Positions 9,085 through 20,187 are shown, numbered from the stretch's first letter. The stretch: DNA of 64,000 nt from an uncultured virus (IMG/VR IMGVR_UViG_3300042861_002315) (IMGVR_UViG_3300042861_002315); one strand, 5' to 3'. Notes: a model not told the origin generated them from the letters alone. Made by a program: numbers and translations.

Positions 9085-11712
9085 AACATCAACTCCTATT
9101 GAATTGGGCAGATTTTGCACTTCAACAGTCGTCACCAGTCCACCCTTGATAGTATTTAGCGCCGTAGCAGTCGTATTTACTGTTGTGAGGGTAACTGGTA
9201 TCACTTCTCCAAATGTGACGCTGACGGGCTGATTGAGCGCACCTCCATTGATAATCTGAGTAGTAAACGTGCTTGACTTAGCAGCCCACTTTTGACCGAA
9301 GTACTGAAAAACACTATTTGGCTTAATTGCGTTTTGTGTCCACGTAAATGACGTACTCAGGCTTGCTCCGTCGAACACATCTTTGTGCAGCTTGAATGTT
9401 GCGCCCTTGATTGCTTCCTGTATGTTGTTTGCCCCCGTAATAGTCACATCGCTCAATATGTTGCGGTCACGTACATTCGAGGTCAGATAAGTCAACGAGT
9501 CCTTAAGTCCGTTCTTGTCCTGCGTTGGGTTCAGTTGGTTTATTGGTTTGCGTACTGTAGCACTAGGAGGTCGCCCCAAAGCTGTCGAAAAACTGGAACT
9601 TTGTATATTGCTCTTGAAACTGGCATCAGCAACTGTGCGAATTGTCCCATAGATTGAATATGAGTCATCCTTGAAACTGGCATCATTACTTGCAGTTGAG
9701 TAACTTGGCAGACTACCACCATCTTTTTTCTGCTGCGTCGGTATGACCTTGTTGATATCAATGCTCGGCGGAACACCTTGACCAATAACTGCGTCGTCAG
9801 GTACATCCATATAACTAAAAGGACGATAAAAAGTACCACTATAAGCTTCGTTCGCGTTAATCGAGCCTAATAGTCCGTTTAGGTCATTGAAAGTCTCATA
9901 AAGCCTATCGATGTTTTGCTTGGTTGTCTTGCTCGGACGAATCATGTAACGAGTATGCTCGTAAACTTCCTCTCCAGTAGTCAAGTAAATAGGATTCTTA
10001 CCCCAAAGACTTGCAGCTTGGTCATTATATTCAGGGTTGCCACTAACACCCGCAGAAATCGAGTATCTCGACTTACTGACTATCATTAAGTTAGGAACCC
10101 AATCAGGACTAGGGAACAAAACTGCTACAGGGTCTTGAGTGCTTGGGGAGTTAGGTAACTGAGCTTTGGGGATATACTCGACATTCCAGTCAACTTTGTC
10201 GCCATCTTTGTAATACTTGCTAAACGGTTCGATAAAATAGTCAACACGCTCAGTAATAGGGATTTTACGGTATAGGAAGCTTTCAAGCTTGCACTTGGCT
10301 TTGTAGACAGAAAGATAGTAGTACTGAAGACTGATGATGTCATTAGGAATCTGGTTCCCAATTTGAAGCAGAAAAGTGAGGTTGATATATGCCTGAATAC
10401 TACCTTGAGTCCAGTTTGCCGCATCTTCATTGGCAAAACGCTTAATTGTCCATCCTTCAGTCTGTTCAGCTACTAATACTTGCGAATTAGACTTGAGGAG
10501 GTTCTGGTACTGCTCTGGTACTTCAATTTTGACATAATTGCCCGACTTATCCAATACTTGAGGCTTAATGTCAAGTTCGAGAGGTTGATAAATGAAGTCG
10601 GTCTGCTTAATGCTGGTTACGCGCCACACAATAGGACGGGCAAAGATTCCAGTGCCAACCATACCCATAGCTTGATTGGCGAGGTTGCCCAATAGTCCTT
10701 TAAGGGCGTTAGCCTGTAGTACTGGGTTACTTTGCATCCTATTAAGAATGGAAAAGTCTAAGTTGATTGGTGCAAGTGGATTTGCAACTAGTTCGAGCGC
10801 CGAGTGACTGAACCCGTAAGTGCCGCTAATTTCCGATTGAGGTTGCCCATATTTGTACAGCGTAATTTTGAATTGCTTGCTCAGACCGCCATTATCAATG
10901 AACACACTGAGGTCGCGAGGAACCAAACTACCATCACCAACTTCTACTGGAGGTAAGTGAGGATTGCTGTCGCCTTCGTAAAGTATATACTCATCATCCG
11001 TCACTTGGACATAAGTGTTTTGTAATCCATAGTTAGTCCCACCATTCCAATTCAAGAGTGTATTCTTGTAGCACGGGGTTTCGTTATCAGATAGGGTTAT
11101 TTCAGTTAGAGGTGGGGTTGTTATCGAGCGCCCCGACCCCAAATCAACGTAATCAATGCCCGACTGAGAATAAACAGCTACTTTGGCATCAAGAACGCTT
11201 CGCTCTGACAGAAAAGAACTTACTGTGAAAAAGTCAGTGTTAGCTGGTCTATAAGGCAAATTAACAAAACCGCTAAGACCTGTAATGGGGCAGTTAATGC
11301 CAGTGAAGTCTGCTACCTGAAATAAAAGCGAAGTTAGGCTGAAACGATAAAACTGTTCGCCAATAATTTGAGCCGAACGCCCATAAGACAAAACAAACTT
11401 AGCTGTATTAATTCCTTTTTCTGTAAACAGCTTGCTGACGTGAGAATAGCTGAGCGAAACTTCATACCGAACCGACACATTGCCAACTTTTTGTACTTGA
11501 GGTGATTCTTTATAGCTATAGTTGGTCAGATAGAAATTATAGTTGCCAAATGTAAGGTCGCTCCCTAAATTTGGTATTTCATTCAGAGTTGCCACGTAAA
11601 TGACGGCAGAAAGAGATGGAGGTTGGTCAAGCTCCTGATTTAGCGTGTAAGTGCCTACAACGGCTCTGAGAGGATTTTCGGCGCTACTGGAGAGATTACT
11701 GATTAGGGACAC
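9028..11712 (-). CDS. Tail tip/baseplate hub-like structural protein (894 aa)
   Basis: Large beta-rich ORF downstream of tape measure; positional inference. Confidence 0.55.
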   Translation of the reverse strand: MSLISNLSSSAENPLRAVVGTYTLNQELDQPPSLSAVIYVATLNEIPNLGSDLTFGNYNFYLTNYSYKESPQVQKVGNVSVRYEVSLSYSHVSKLFTEKGINTAKFVLSYGRSAQIIGEQFYRFSLTSLLFQVADFTGINCPITGLSGFVNLPYRPANTDFFTVSSFLSERSVLDAKVAVYSQSGIDYVDLGSGRSITTPPLTEITLSDNETPCYKNTLLNWNGGTNYGLQNTYVQVTDDEYILYEGDSNPHLPPVEVGDGSLVPRDLSVFIDNGGLSKQFKITLYKYGQPQSEISGTYGFSHSALELVANPLAPINLDFSILNRMQSNPVLQANALKGLLGNLANQAMGMVGTGIFARPIVWRVTSIKQTDFIYQPLELDIKPQVLDKSGNYVKIEVPEQYQNLLKSNSQVLVAEQTEGWTIKRFANEDAANWTQGSIQAYINLTFLLQIGNQIPNDIISLQYYYLSVYKAKCKLESFLYRKIPITERVDYFIEPFSKYYKDGDKVDWNVEYIPKAQLPNSPSTQDPVAVLFPSPDWVPNLMIVSKSRYSISAGVSGNPEYNDQAASLWGKNPIYLTTGEEVYEHTRYMIRPSKTTKQNIDRLYETFNDLNGLLGSINANEAYSGTFYRPFSYMDVPDDAVIGQGVPPSIDINKVIPTQQKKDGGSLPSYSTASNDASFKDDSYSIYGTIRTVADASFKSNIQSSSFSTALGRPPSATVRKPINQLNPTQDKNGLKDSLTYLTSNVRDRNILSDVTITGANNIQEAIKGATFKLHKDVFDGASLSTSFTWTQNAIKPNSVFQYFGQKWAAKSSTFTTQIINGGALNQPVSVTFGEVIPVTLTTVNTTATALNTIKGGLVTTVEVQNLPNSIGVDVSGVPYGMGRWVSSNGSGL

Positions 11713-12365
11713 AGGTACAAATCTCCGCCTTGCATGAAGAACGTGTTTTTACCAAAATCTAAGTATTTATCAAATCGATAAATCTGACCATAGTAACTAA
11801 CTGTTTCAGTACCAACCACTTGAGCGCCAATTAACTTACGCAATTTCTTTTCTCGTATATAAGCGGAAATACCTAAAAATGGCAGGAATAAATCGAAACT
11901 TAAACGTATCTTAATAATAGTGCGGTCATCAATAGACATCCCTTTAAGGTCAGTCACTTTGTATGCTGTTTTGTCTCGGTCTTTGTATACGATTGCATCT
12001 GGATAATAGTTGACCCAACTCAAATCATTGTATGTATTTAGGTCTGAAAAATAAAAATCAATTATTGCGGTTTTTGATGTAGGGAAATTACCGACTGTCA
12101 GATAATAGCAAGCGTTGAGGTCTACTGTCGCACTCCGAGAACGCGAATTGTTGTAACCGTCAGTCCCAAGACCCGCAAAACTGAAGCCTACAAAAAATGG
12201 CAACTTACTTTTCTGCAAAAAATTAAGTGCTGTCAGATAAGACGCTTGTGCTGTGTATTGATTAAGATTAACTGTATTGGTATTTTCACTTGTGTATGGC
12301 GACACGGCTGTACCTCCAACCCAAGTTGGTAGTCGTTTGGGCGTATCTTGAAACAGTTTCCACAT
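11703..12365 (-). CDS. Putative minor tail protein (220 aa)
   Basis: Position in tail operon. Confidence 0.5.
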   Translation of the reverse strand: MWKLFQDTPKRLPTWVGGTAVSPYTSENTNTVNLNQYTAQASYLTALNFLQKSKLPFFVGFSFAGLGTDGYNNSRSRSATVDLNACYYLTVGNFPTSKTAIIDFYFSDLNTYNDLSWVNYYPDAIVYKDRDKTAYKVTDLKGMSIDDRTIIKIRLSFDLFLPFLGISAYIREKKLRKLIGAQVVGTETVSYYGQIYRFDKYLDFGKNTFFMQGGDLYLCP

Positions 12366-12734
12366 CTAACTTATCGCAAATTCTGGACTATTGAACTCTA
12401 CTCCTGTGAGAGTGTAATTTCGGTAGCACTGCTGAGAGCCTACCGTGTAGATTCCACTGTACTCAACTGCTATAACTGCCCAAGTTTGTCCTCTGAAAGA
12501 AAACGACTGAGTACCAAACTGTTGTAGTGAGGGTTTTTCAAATGGAATATCAGCTACTTTGATTCCTTCAAAATTTATCGTAACTGTTTCATAAGTAACA
12601 GAACCAGCCAACAAGGAAGAGTTGTTGAGCAAGAAAAAAGCATTGGCATTTTGAGCATTAATTTTCCCAAAAGAAACTGCGCCCGATTTTAACGGAAAGC
12701 CAAAAAGCTTCTCTTGGGAAAAACTAAGACCCAT
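12366..12734 (-). CDS. Putative minor tail protein (122 aa), similar to 12741-13148
   Basis: N-terminus MGLSFSQEKLFGFP resembles MSLNVQQTKIYGIP of the neighbour. Confidence 0.5.
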   Translation of the reverse strand: MGLSFSQEKLFGFPLKSGAVSFGKINAQNANAFFLLNNSSLLAGSVTYETVTINFEGIKVADIPFEKPSLQQFGTQSFSFRGQTWAVIAVEYSGIYTVGSQQCYRNYTLTGVEFNSPEFAIS

Positions 12735-12740
12735 AGGAAA

Positions 12741-13148
12741 TTAACCCAGCTTACCGATGTACTTGTTGGTGACGAAGGTAACAGGAAACGATTTGAGGGT
12801 TTCTTCAGTCGCTCCTACACGAATACCACCAGTTTCTTCGTACTGATAAGGATACATGGTGTTGCCGCGATATAGAATACCGCCAGTCAAGCCAGTACCA
12901 GCAGTCAAGTTGACCTGACCGAGCAGCATAGCCTCTTGGTTGGCATCACAAGTTGCTTGAATATCTTCAGCAGCACTTAGAGAAATACCACCGATATCAA
13001 AGGTGTAAGTACGGGCAGAGATGTTACCAGTAGCAACGAAGTCGCCAAGGTTAGCAACTGTACTGTCAATACTCAGTTCGCCAGCAGTGATTTTGTCTGC
13101 GGGGACGGGTATCCCATAAATCTTTGTTTGTTGAACGTTAAGAGACAT
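12741..13148 (-). CDS. Putative tail structural protein (135 aa)
   Basis: Beta-rich ORF with its own extended -10 element upstream. Confidence 0.55.
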   Translation of the reverse strand: MSLNVQQTKIYGIPVPADKITAGELSIDSTVANLGDFVATGNISARTYTFDIGGISLSAAEDIQATCDANQEAMLLGQVNLTAGTGLTGGILYRGNTMYPYQYEETGGIRVGATEETLKSFPVTFVTNKYIGKLG

Positions 13149-13205
13149 AATTAGTTTTGCACTATTTTTTCCAATTATATCACTGAGGATAGATTGACAT
13201 TTTGA

Positions 13206-13538
13206 CTAATCTGTATCATCACGCTTGTTGTGGAAAATTTTAAGTAGGCAGCTCAAATCGTGAGCAAGCTTATCCTCGACATCTTCAATGCTAGGGTCTA
13301 TACCTACAAAGAATTGCAACAAAGCTTTTAAAGAAATTACATAGACATTTACATCTTCTTTTTTAATGTATCTAGGCGCTTTATTAGCTTGTTCACAAGT
13401 CCAATATTTGTCAAAAGTGTCACGAACATTTTTAAAAACATAGACATTATTTGCTTTAGCTTCAGCTCCAACCTCGATACTGTCTTTAATATCTCGCAGA
13501 AAATAAGTTGTATTTTTTATATAGATGAGGTACGCCAC
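13206..13538 (-). CDS. Hypothetical protein (~110 aa)
   Basis: Likely GTG start at 13538, just after the tape measure stop. Confidence 0.5.
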   Translation of the reverse strand: MAYLIYIKNTTYFLRDIKDSIEVGAEAKANNVYVFKNVRDTFDKYWTCEQANKAPRYIKKEDVNVYVISLKALLQFFVGIDPSIEDVEDKLAHDLSCLLKIFHNKRDDTD

Positions 13539-13542
13539 AGTA

Positions 13543-16500
13543 TTAAACTCCAAAAGCAACTTTAGATAAGTCCAGAAAAGCTTTACCGAACTCGTTGAGG
13601 CTTTTTTGAATAGTATCACCACTCTTACCGACCGCAGCCCCAACTTTATTTAGATTATCACCTGAGAAGGTAGTCTTTACCCCGTCAAGACTGATTGTAT
13701 TGTTGACAACTACAGATAGATTTTGTTGACCTGACACTGAGTTGGGGTTCTGAGGTTTATTGGGCGAGGCTGCGGCAAAATCGTTGGTAATTTTTTTCGC
13801 ATCTCTTTGTATTTCTTGAGCTTGTTGTCTGATTGAGTCTCTAGTACTGTTTCCTATACCTTGTAATTGCTTTTGGGTTTCGTTAAAGTCTGCTCCGAAC
13901 GGATTGCGTTCAGCTATATTTTGAATAGGTCGCTGAGCGCTTAACCCGAATCCAGAACTTAAAGCTTTACTTACAAGGTCAATAGAACCTAATCCAGCAG
14001 TAGGGTTACTCTTAGCTATATCCAGAATCTGACTTTGACCAGCTAAATCAATATTGCGAATTTTATCGAAAGTATCTTGACGAACAAATTGTTGCGTCTC
14101 TTGATTCAGATTTAGCGCACCTCTTGTCTGTGCTTGAGCGTCAGCAATATTTTTAGGTATATTTCCAATAACTTGATTGATTGAACTAATGTCACCAACT
14201 TGAATACCGCTTGCAGGGTCAATCTTTTCCACTAACTTACCTAAAAGTTGAGTTTGAGTCAACGCATTGACTAGCATTGTCTCTTCAGTTCTTAGTTGTT
14301 GTTCTTGAACTTGAAGTGTATTAAGTTCTTTTTCACCAGCTCGACCAGCCTCATTCTTGTCAGCCCTTGTTTTTTCAATTGCACCCAAAATCTCATTACG
14401 ACCAGCCAAAGCAGTAGCCGCAGGATTGTTTTGCCCAAATAAACCAAGAACTGAACCAGTGAAGCCTCTTGTAGCCTGATTATTTTGAACTGTGGAAGCT
14501 TCTTTACGTCCTTGAAGGTCTAAGCGATTATTTGCTAAGTTGGCAACCTTGTCGAGCTTGTCAGCACCTTCTTTAGCAATTGCACTAAACCTTTCAAGGG
14601 AGGCATTAACGCCCTCAAGAATTGTGCGTTGCTTAATGTACTGCAAATCACGCGCCGCTTCCAATTGTGCGGTCTTAACTTGCTTGTTTAGGTCTTTCTC
14701 TGCCTTTTGCAAATCTGGGTCTGTACGACCTTGTTTCTTGGCATCTGCATTGGCACTGGCAACCCTATCTCTGGTAGCAATGACTGTGTTTAATCGAGCC
14801 GTTACTTTGCTGATTTCTTTATTAGCATCAAGCAATACTTGATTAGTTCTATCCGCCAATTTAGAACCGATATTACTGAACACCGACCCAAGGGAAGAGG
14901 CAGAAAAAAGAGATGAAGCAGCCGAGCCGAGTGAACTAAATGCGTCTCCTACCCCTTTGGATATATCGATGAGGCGTTGTTGACTAGCAAAACTAGCATC
15001 AATAGCAGCTTCATTACGTGCAATAGTCTCAGCTAACGCTCCAATTTCTTGTTTGAGGCGATTAGCAACAACCGTAAACTTGAGGTCTTCTTCAGCTTGC
15101 TTAACAACTTTCTTGGCACTTTCGATATCAATGTTGGCTACGCGCTCTTTTAGTTGGTCAGCACCGCCAGTTATAGAGTCTTTGCCTTTTTGGGCGTTGG
15201 CTATGTTGGTTTGTAGAGTTTCTTGCTCTGCTTTGACTTGAGTAGCCGCATCGAAATAAGCCTTACGAATAGCTTCAGAGCCAGACTTCCTAGCTGCCTC
15301 TGTGTCGATGAATTGATTACCATTGGTGTCTTTAGCAATAAGACTGGAGAGCTTAGTGTTAGCTTTTTTAACAGCCTCATCTTCATTGGCATTTATAACT
15401 TCTACCCCTTCCTTAGTCGGGTCAACTTTACCTACATTATTTAATTCTTCTTGTAGAACATTCTTTCTTAACTGCTCTAAAGATGCGGGGTCAATTTTAA
15501 AAAATCCGCCTTGAGCTTTACTTTCACTCTCTTTCAGTTTTTCTTGATTCAACTGTATAGTCTTATCAGCTTCAGCTTTTTTGTTTGCTACATCCTTGCT
15601 ACTTGCCAAATCGATAGCTGAGTCAATTCCAAACTTAGATTGAGCGTCCTTGCCAGAGATTTTTCCGTTGGTGAGTACTGATTGTAATAACTGAGTCCTG
15701 TTGCCGACTTCGACTTGCGCCGCCTCAAGAATGTTCTTTTTAGTGATTTCTTCTTCCCGCGCCGATATTGCCAAAGACTCCTGTTTAACAGACAATTCTT
15801 TTTCTGCCGCCGCAAGCTTTGCCTGAGCTAGTGAAACGGTAAAGGAGCCGAATTTACTCTCTTGCGAAAATAGAGAGACAATATTTTTCTGTACATCTAA
15901 AAGTTGCTGATTGAAAGTGAGTATTTGCTTACGTTTGCCAAGTTCTTCAGTAATTTGCCCAGAGTTTTTAATATTAAAAGCTTCAGCGCTAAGGTCTGCA
16001 ATCTTGCTTAATGTATTTGCATACTCTACAGCGTCAATATTAGGCTTATCTAGCCCTGATTTCAGCGTAGCAATATTCTTCTGTATAGACTGCAAATTAC
16101 GTGCCGTAGCTTGCCCTATAGCTTCTCCTCCCACTGCCCCTAGACTAGATAAAGTCGAGAACAGCTTAGTGTAGGAATTGGCAATTGCAGTGTTATAGCC
16201 GATTGCCTTATCAGCTACAACTTTAAAAGCGTTGTCAGTGGCTTTTTGCAGCAAAGGATTAGAAGCAATCACTTGAGTTGCCCTAGCCTCTTTAGTAATG
16301 CGTTGCAGAGCATCTAATGCGCCTTGAGGGTCTAAGTCAGCTTGTACTTCAATACTTTGAAGGGAATCTTTTATTTGGGAATTTAGTTGGCTGAGAATAT
16401 TAACGTCAACTTGAGACACATCGATAGTATCTACTGTAAATACGGTGTCAAGAGTTTTTTTCAAGTCTGCAAACTGAGCATTGGCAGAGCTTCTAGCGGC

Positions 16501-19314
16501 TGAAGTAAGCGTGACAGAAAGAGGGATATCGTTCTTGAATGTATTTAGTCTACGAAGTTGGTTATCAAGAACAGCCCGTTTTCTGTCAGTCTCGATAGCC
16601 TCTTTTTTAGCCTTTACCTGACCTTCAAGTAGTTTTTTCTGCTCTTGCAAGTCAAAGACTAATTCTCTGGCTCCAGCACCGCCGTTTTCTTGAGCATCCT
16701 TAATAGCGGCGCTGACAGTAGAAATTTCCTTCTCAATTTGGTCAACTTGATTTTCAGCTTTGGTTTTGATTACTTGTAAGTCTTCCTCACTAAGAACAAT
16801 ACCTAACTGGATTTTTCTGCCAACACTTTTTTCCTCGTCACTAAGGGCATTAAAATCTTTATTTTTAATGGCTTGTTGATTTCTGGCAATTTGTGCAGAT
16901 AATATTGACCTTGCTTTACCGAACTCTTCTTGGTTGATGCCACTTATGAATGACTTACCAGAAATAGTGTTATAAAACTGCTTCAAGTTATCTAACCCGT
17001 CAAGAAAGTTCTTGGTACTTTGGTCAAGTTTCTTTACCTGAGATTCTGCATCACTAAGTCCTCTTACAAACTCATCTAGTCCACCGACATTTTTCAAATC
17101 TTTGAGGTCTTCTGTTAGTGTTTTGATTTCAGGTATGCTTGCTTTGTTTGTTAGCCCTGTAAATACATTGCCAAGAAATTGCAAAGTAGTGGAGAGTGCA
17201 AGACCTGCAAGACCTACCAACCCCATACCTTTAGCAAAAGAAAACAATTCGCCAACTGCTCCGCCAATTACACTACGAACAGGTGCAGCAGCTTCCCAAA
17301 GTTTACCAAGACTCCCAGATAATTTTTCTACAGAATCTTTTGCTCCTGTAAAAGTACTTTTGATAGTGCGTCCTGCACCAGCCAATCCACTTTTTTCTCC
17401 AAAAGAATTTAGACGTTTTAGTTCGCTCTCGCTTGCAGGAGGAATAAATACGCCATTCTTAATTACTTCAGGTTGTATTTTGTTACTTTTTCTTGCTCCA
17501 ATTCCAGTTTTCTCTTTTACTTCTTGACCGACTTGAGCAATTTCTTCGTTAACTTGCTTGACAATATCTTTTACTTTAGATACAACAACTTTAGCAATTT
17601 TTACAATAGAAGCTTCAATCTTTTGGGCTAGTGTTTCATACTTAACATCCCCATCGTCAAGCTTTAATGCCTTCTTAACTACTTCCCCCAAACGACCAAG
17701 ATTCTTAAACAGAAAAGAGAAAAATGCAAGTGGAGCGACCACACTAAATACGCTACCAATAAAGCCAGATACTGCTTGAAACTTGTTATTTAGACCATCA
17801 AGAGAGCCAGCAAAACTTCCAAAAGTACTACTACTTCTTGTTCCTAATACCCCCAGTAATGTATTTGTGTCTTGAAGATTCTGTTTTACCCCCTCCCCAA
17901 TTCCAGAGCCAACTTCTTCTACAGCAGCTTGAGATTTATTAAAAGAAGACCTAAACGCACCTTCTAATGTTTGACCACGCTCCTTAGAAGATTCGCTGAA
18001 TTTATCAATCCCTTCCGCACTACCTGCATTTTCAATTTCCTCCCGAAATTTCTTGCGGTTTTCCCCTCCAGCTTGTAACAGTGCGTTTGCCGCCTTTGCC
18101 GCCTCGCTCGAACTGAAGATATTATTGAGTGCATCTCTACTGCCTCCAGTAGCTGTGCCAATACGCTCAATAATTTTAATCAGACCTTCGGCTTTCAGCG
18201 CTCCAAATCCAAATTGAATTGGCTTTCCAGCTTCGTCTTTTAGAGTAGCTAGCGCGTTTTGAGCTTTAGGTACATTACTAACAATTTCGTTGACAAGAGA
18301 CTTGATTGCAGTCGAACCCTCACTAGCAGACAGACCTTGTGTAGTAACAAGCGCCAATGATGCAGCCATTTCTTCAAAAGCTAGTCCTGCACCTACGCCA
18401 GTTGAGGTTAATTCAGCAGCCTCCGCGTTTAACTGGTCGAGGGTGAGGATACCTACCTTAGTAGTTGCAAATAGCTGTGCTGCTCGTTTATCCGCATCTC
18501 TGAAGGTATCCCCTAAATTTTTGTTAGCAGCGAGAATCTTGACAATACCTTGGTTAGTCCCTTCGATATTAGCAAAACCAACTTCGGACAAGTTAATAGA
18601 TGCAGTACCTACACTCTTTTGAGCTTGTCTAGAGCTAAAGCCAGCAGATGCAATATCGTATTGAGCATTGAGAGTTTGTGTAGAGTTTGTTGCAAAGTTT
18701 GTTTCACGCTGTAATTCGCGTAACGCCTTGATACGAGCGCCAACTGCACTAAGAGCTGACTCTTCAGAAGAAGTTGTAATTGTGGCTAGACGAAATGCCG
18801 CACTCTCTACTTTGCTATATGCAGCAACTGCGCCAATAGACCATTTTTGATATGCTTGGTTATCAAAAATGATTTGACTAGCAGTACTAATCCTATTAAA
18901 CGTACTGTTAGTAGTTTCTTCGAGAATTTTTATATTAGAAGCAAATTCTTTTGTGCCAAGAATTGCCTCACTGAAATCGATGCTTTTACTGATGCCAGCT
19001 AGATTCTTTAAGGATTGGCTAGCCGCATCTACGATGGTCTTAGCCCCTTGAAGCTTGTTGATTGCGCTAGAGATGTTCGCAATACCAAATGTGGCATTTA
19101 CAGCAATAGAGCCAAGCGCACCGATAGAGGTTCCCAGCTTAGCCGCTTGACTAATATTGGACGACCACGTTCCAGACAATTTGGCGAGACTTTTATCAAG
19201 CTCTCCTATGTTGCCAAGCGTACCTTTAATATCATCACCAATGTTTAAAGTGCCTTTATTAAAAGCATCTTTAAGTCCTGACGATTGTGCTGTATCTATT
19301 ACTGGTGCTGCCAT
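13543..19314 (-). CDS. Tail tape measure protein (TP901-like core), 1923 aa
   Basis: Very long helical Ala/Gln/Lys-rich ORF; tape-measure core (YDIASAG...TTKVGILTLDQL...FEEMAASLALVTTQGLSASEGSTAIKSL); hydrophobic segments; follows chaperone pair. Confidence 0.92.
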   Translation of the reverse strand: MAAPVIDTAQSSGLKDAFNKGTLNIGDDIKGTLGNIGELDKSLAKLSGTWSSNISQAAKLGTSIGALGSIAVNATFGIANISSAINKLQGAKTIVDAASQSLKNLAGISKSIDFSEAILGTKEFASNIKILEETTNSTFNRISTASQIIFDNQAYQKWSIGAVAAYSKVESAAFRLATITTSSEESALSAVGARIKALRELQRETNFATNSTQTLNAQYDIASAGFSSRQAQKSVGTASINLSEVGFANIEGTNQGIVKILAANKNLGDTFRDADKRAAQLFATTKVGILTLDQLNAEAAELTSTGVGAGLAFEEMAASLALVTTQGLSASEGSTAIKSLVNEIVSNVPKAQNALATLKDEAGKPIQFGFGALKAEGLIKIIERIGTATGGSRDALNNIFSSSEAAKAANALLQAGGENRKKFREEIENAGSAEGIDKFSESSKERGQTLEGAFRSSFNKSQAAVEEVGSGIGEGVKQNLQDTNTLLGVLGTRSSSTFGSFAGSLDGLNNKFQAVSGFIGSVFSVVAPLAFFSFLFKNLGRLGEVVKKALKLDDGDVKYETLAQKIEASIVKIAKVVVSKVKDIVKQVNEEIAQVGQEVKEKTGIGARKSNKIQPEVIKNGVFIPPASESELKRLNSFGEKSGLAGAGRTIKSTFTGAKDSVEKLSGSLGKLWEAAAPVRSVIGGAVGELFSFAKGMGLVGLAGLALSTTLQFLGNVFTGLTNKASIPEIKTLTEDLKDLKNVGGLDEFVRGLSDAESQVKKLDQSTKNFLDGLDNLKQFYNTISGKSFISGINQEEFGKARSILSAQIARNQQAIKNKDFNALSDEEKSVGRKIQLGIVLSEEDLQVIKTKAENQVDQIEKEISTVSAAIKDAQENGGAGARELVFDLQEQKKLLEGQVKAKKEAIETDRKRAVLDNQLRRLNTFKNDIPLSVTLTSAARSSANAQFADLKKTLDTVFTVDTIDVSQVDVNILSQLNSQIKDSLQSIEVQADLDPQGALDALQRITKEARATQVIASNPLLQKATDNAFKVVADKAIGYNTAIANSYTKLFSTLSSLGAVGGEAIGQATARNLQSIQKNIATLKSGLDKPNIDAVEYANTLSKIADLSAEAFNIKNSGQITEELGKRKQILTFNQQLLDVQKNIVSLFSQESKFGSFTVSLAQAKLAAAEKELSVKQESLAISAREEEITKKNILEAAQVEVGNRTQLLQSVLTNGKISGKDAQSKFGIDSAIDLASSKDVANKKAEADKTIQLNQEKLKESESKAQGGFFKIDPASLEQLRKNVLQEELNNVGKVDPTKEGVEVINANEDEAVKKANTKLSSLIAKDTNGNQFIDTEAARKSGSEAIRKAYFDAATQVKAEQETLQTNIANAQKGKDSITGGADQLKERVANIDIESAKKVVKQAEEDLKFTVVANRLKQEIGALAETIARNEAAIDASFASQQRLIDISKGVGDAFSSLGSAASSLFSASSLGSVFSNIGSKLADRTNQVLLDANKEISKVTARLNTVIATRDRVASANADAKKQGRTDPDLQKAEKDLNKQVKTAQLEAARDLQYIKQRTILEGVNASLERFSAIAKEGADKLDKVANLANNRLDLQGRKEASTVQNNQATRGFTGSVLGLFGQNNPAATALAGRNEILGAIEKTRADKNEAGRAGEKELNTLQVQEQQLRTEETMLVNALTQTQLLGKLVEKIDPASGIQVGDISSINQVIGNIPKNIADAQAQTRGALNLNQETQQFVRQDTFDKIRNIDLAGQSQILDIAKSNPTAGLGSIDLVSKALSSGFGLSAQRPIQNIAERNPFGADFNETQKQLQGIGNSTRDSIRQQAQEIQRDAKKITNDFAAASPNKPQNPNSVSGQQNLSVVVNNTISLDGVKTTFSGDNLNKVGAAVGKSGDTIQKSLNEFGKAFLDLSKVAFGV

Positions 19315-19354
19315 CTTTTTAGTTGCCTTATTCTCCTTTCATTGTACCATCGGC

Positions 19355-19795
19355 TCAATCGAAGAAGTCAAAGCTGTATTTTTTGATTCCTCTCAATGTT
19401 TTTTTCTGCTCCAGCCCTCTCCACACTAATTGTTTGTCTGCAACTTCGTCTAATAGCTCGTTGAACTTCTCATTTTTTAGTTCTTGCAGTTTGATATCAG
19501 GAGAACGTGCAGATTCGCGCTTGATAGCTAGAAGTGTACGAATCTCCCAATAGTCGAGTGTTTGCCACAACTCCAGAGCATTCTCTGGGTATGCAGAAAG
19601 AAGGCAGTCGAGAATAATATCGCTGCCCTCAAATTCTACAGGGTCTTGGAATTGGGGGTAATGCGGCTCGGTTAGCTTTCGCTTGGTTGCTTCTCTAGTT
19701 TTTCGAGTTCCTCTCTCTGACTCAGTAGCTCCTGTGTCTTGTCTAGTCTCCGTTTGTGAAGATGCAGCTCTCTCTGAGTCTCGTAGGGCAAAAAA
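19355..19795 (-). CDS. Tail assembly chaperone, -1 frameshift extension (gpT-like)
   Basis: Frame is open from T TTT TTG (19795-19789) to stop at 19355; only a TTG start at 19570, no ATG. Confidence 0.6.
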   Translation of the reverse strand, partial: FFALRDSERAASSQTETRQDTGATESERGTRKTREATKRKLTEPHYPQFQDPVEFEGSDIILDCLLSAYPENALELWQTLDYWEIRTLLAIKRESARSPDIKLQELKNEKFNELLDEVADKQLVWRGLEQKKTLRGIKKYSFDFFD

Positions 19796-20187
19796 TGGAG
19801 ATTACTTACTAGTGATGGGGTCACGCCTTCGATATTGCGGGTTTTTTCGTCAAGGGAGCCGTTAAAGACGAGTCGAGTCAGTTGCTCCCAGTTTTCACAG
19901 ATGTCATCGTAGTTGAGATATTTTTGCTCTCCAGATTCTGTTTTCTGCCCTTCGATAGGAAGAAGCCCAATGTATTGCCTAATAACTTCGACAACTGACT
20001 CATCAACAAGAAGTTCGGCTAATGCGCCATCTGCTTTGATGTATAATCCAAGCAACTCATCTTGTAAGGTAATGAGCTGCTTGAGGTCGCTTTGAGGTAC
20101 GCGCTTAATACGGACTTTTTTTCCGTCGTCAAGCAACACCTCTAGGGTCTGGTAAGATGGTTTGTTTAATTTGTCTGAGGCTGCCAT
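19672..20187 (-). CDS. Tail assembly chaperone (gpG-like)
   Basis: 171-aa acidic helical ORF two genes upstream of tape measure, with slippery heptamer. Confidence 0.7.
   Translation of the reverse strand: MAASDKLNKPSYQTLEVLLDDGKKVRIKRVPQSDLKQLITLQDELLGLYIKADGALAELLVDESVVEVIRQYIGLLPIEGQKTESGEQKYLNYDDICENWEQLTRLVFNGSLDEKTRNIEGVTPSLVSNLHFLPYETQRELHLHKRRLDKTQELLSQREELEKLEKQPSES

Noticed and set aside
14540..19553. Plus-strand ORFs inside the tape measure gene (and similar ones opposite capsid, protease and fibre genes)
   Set aside because: Antisense shadows of long genes with no RBS or recognisable motifs
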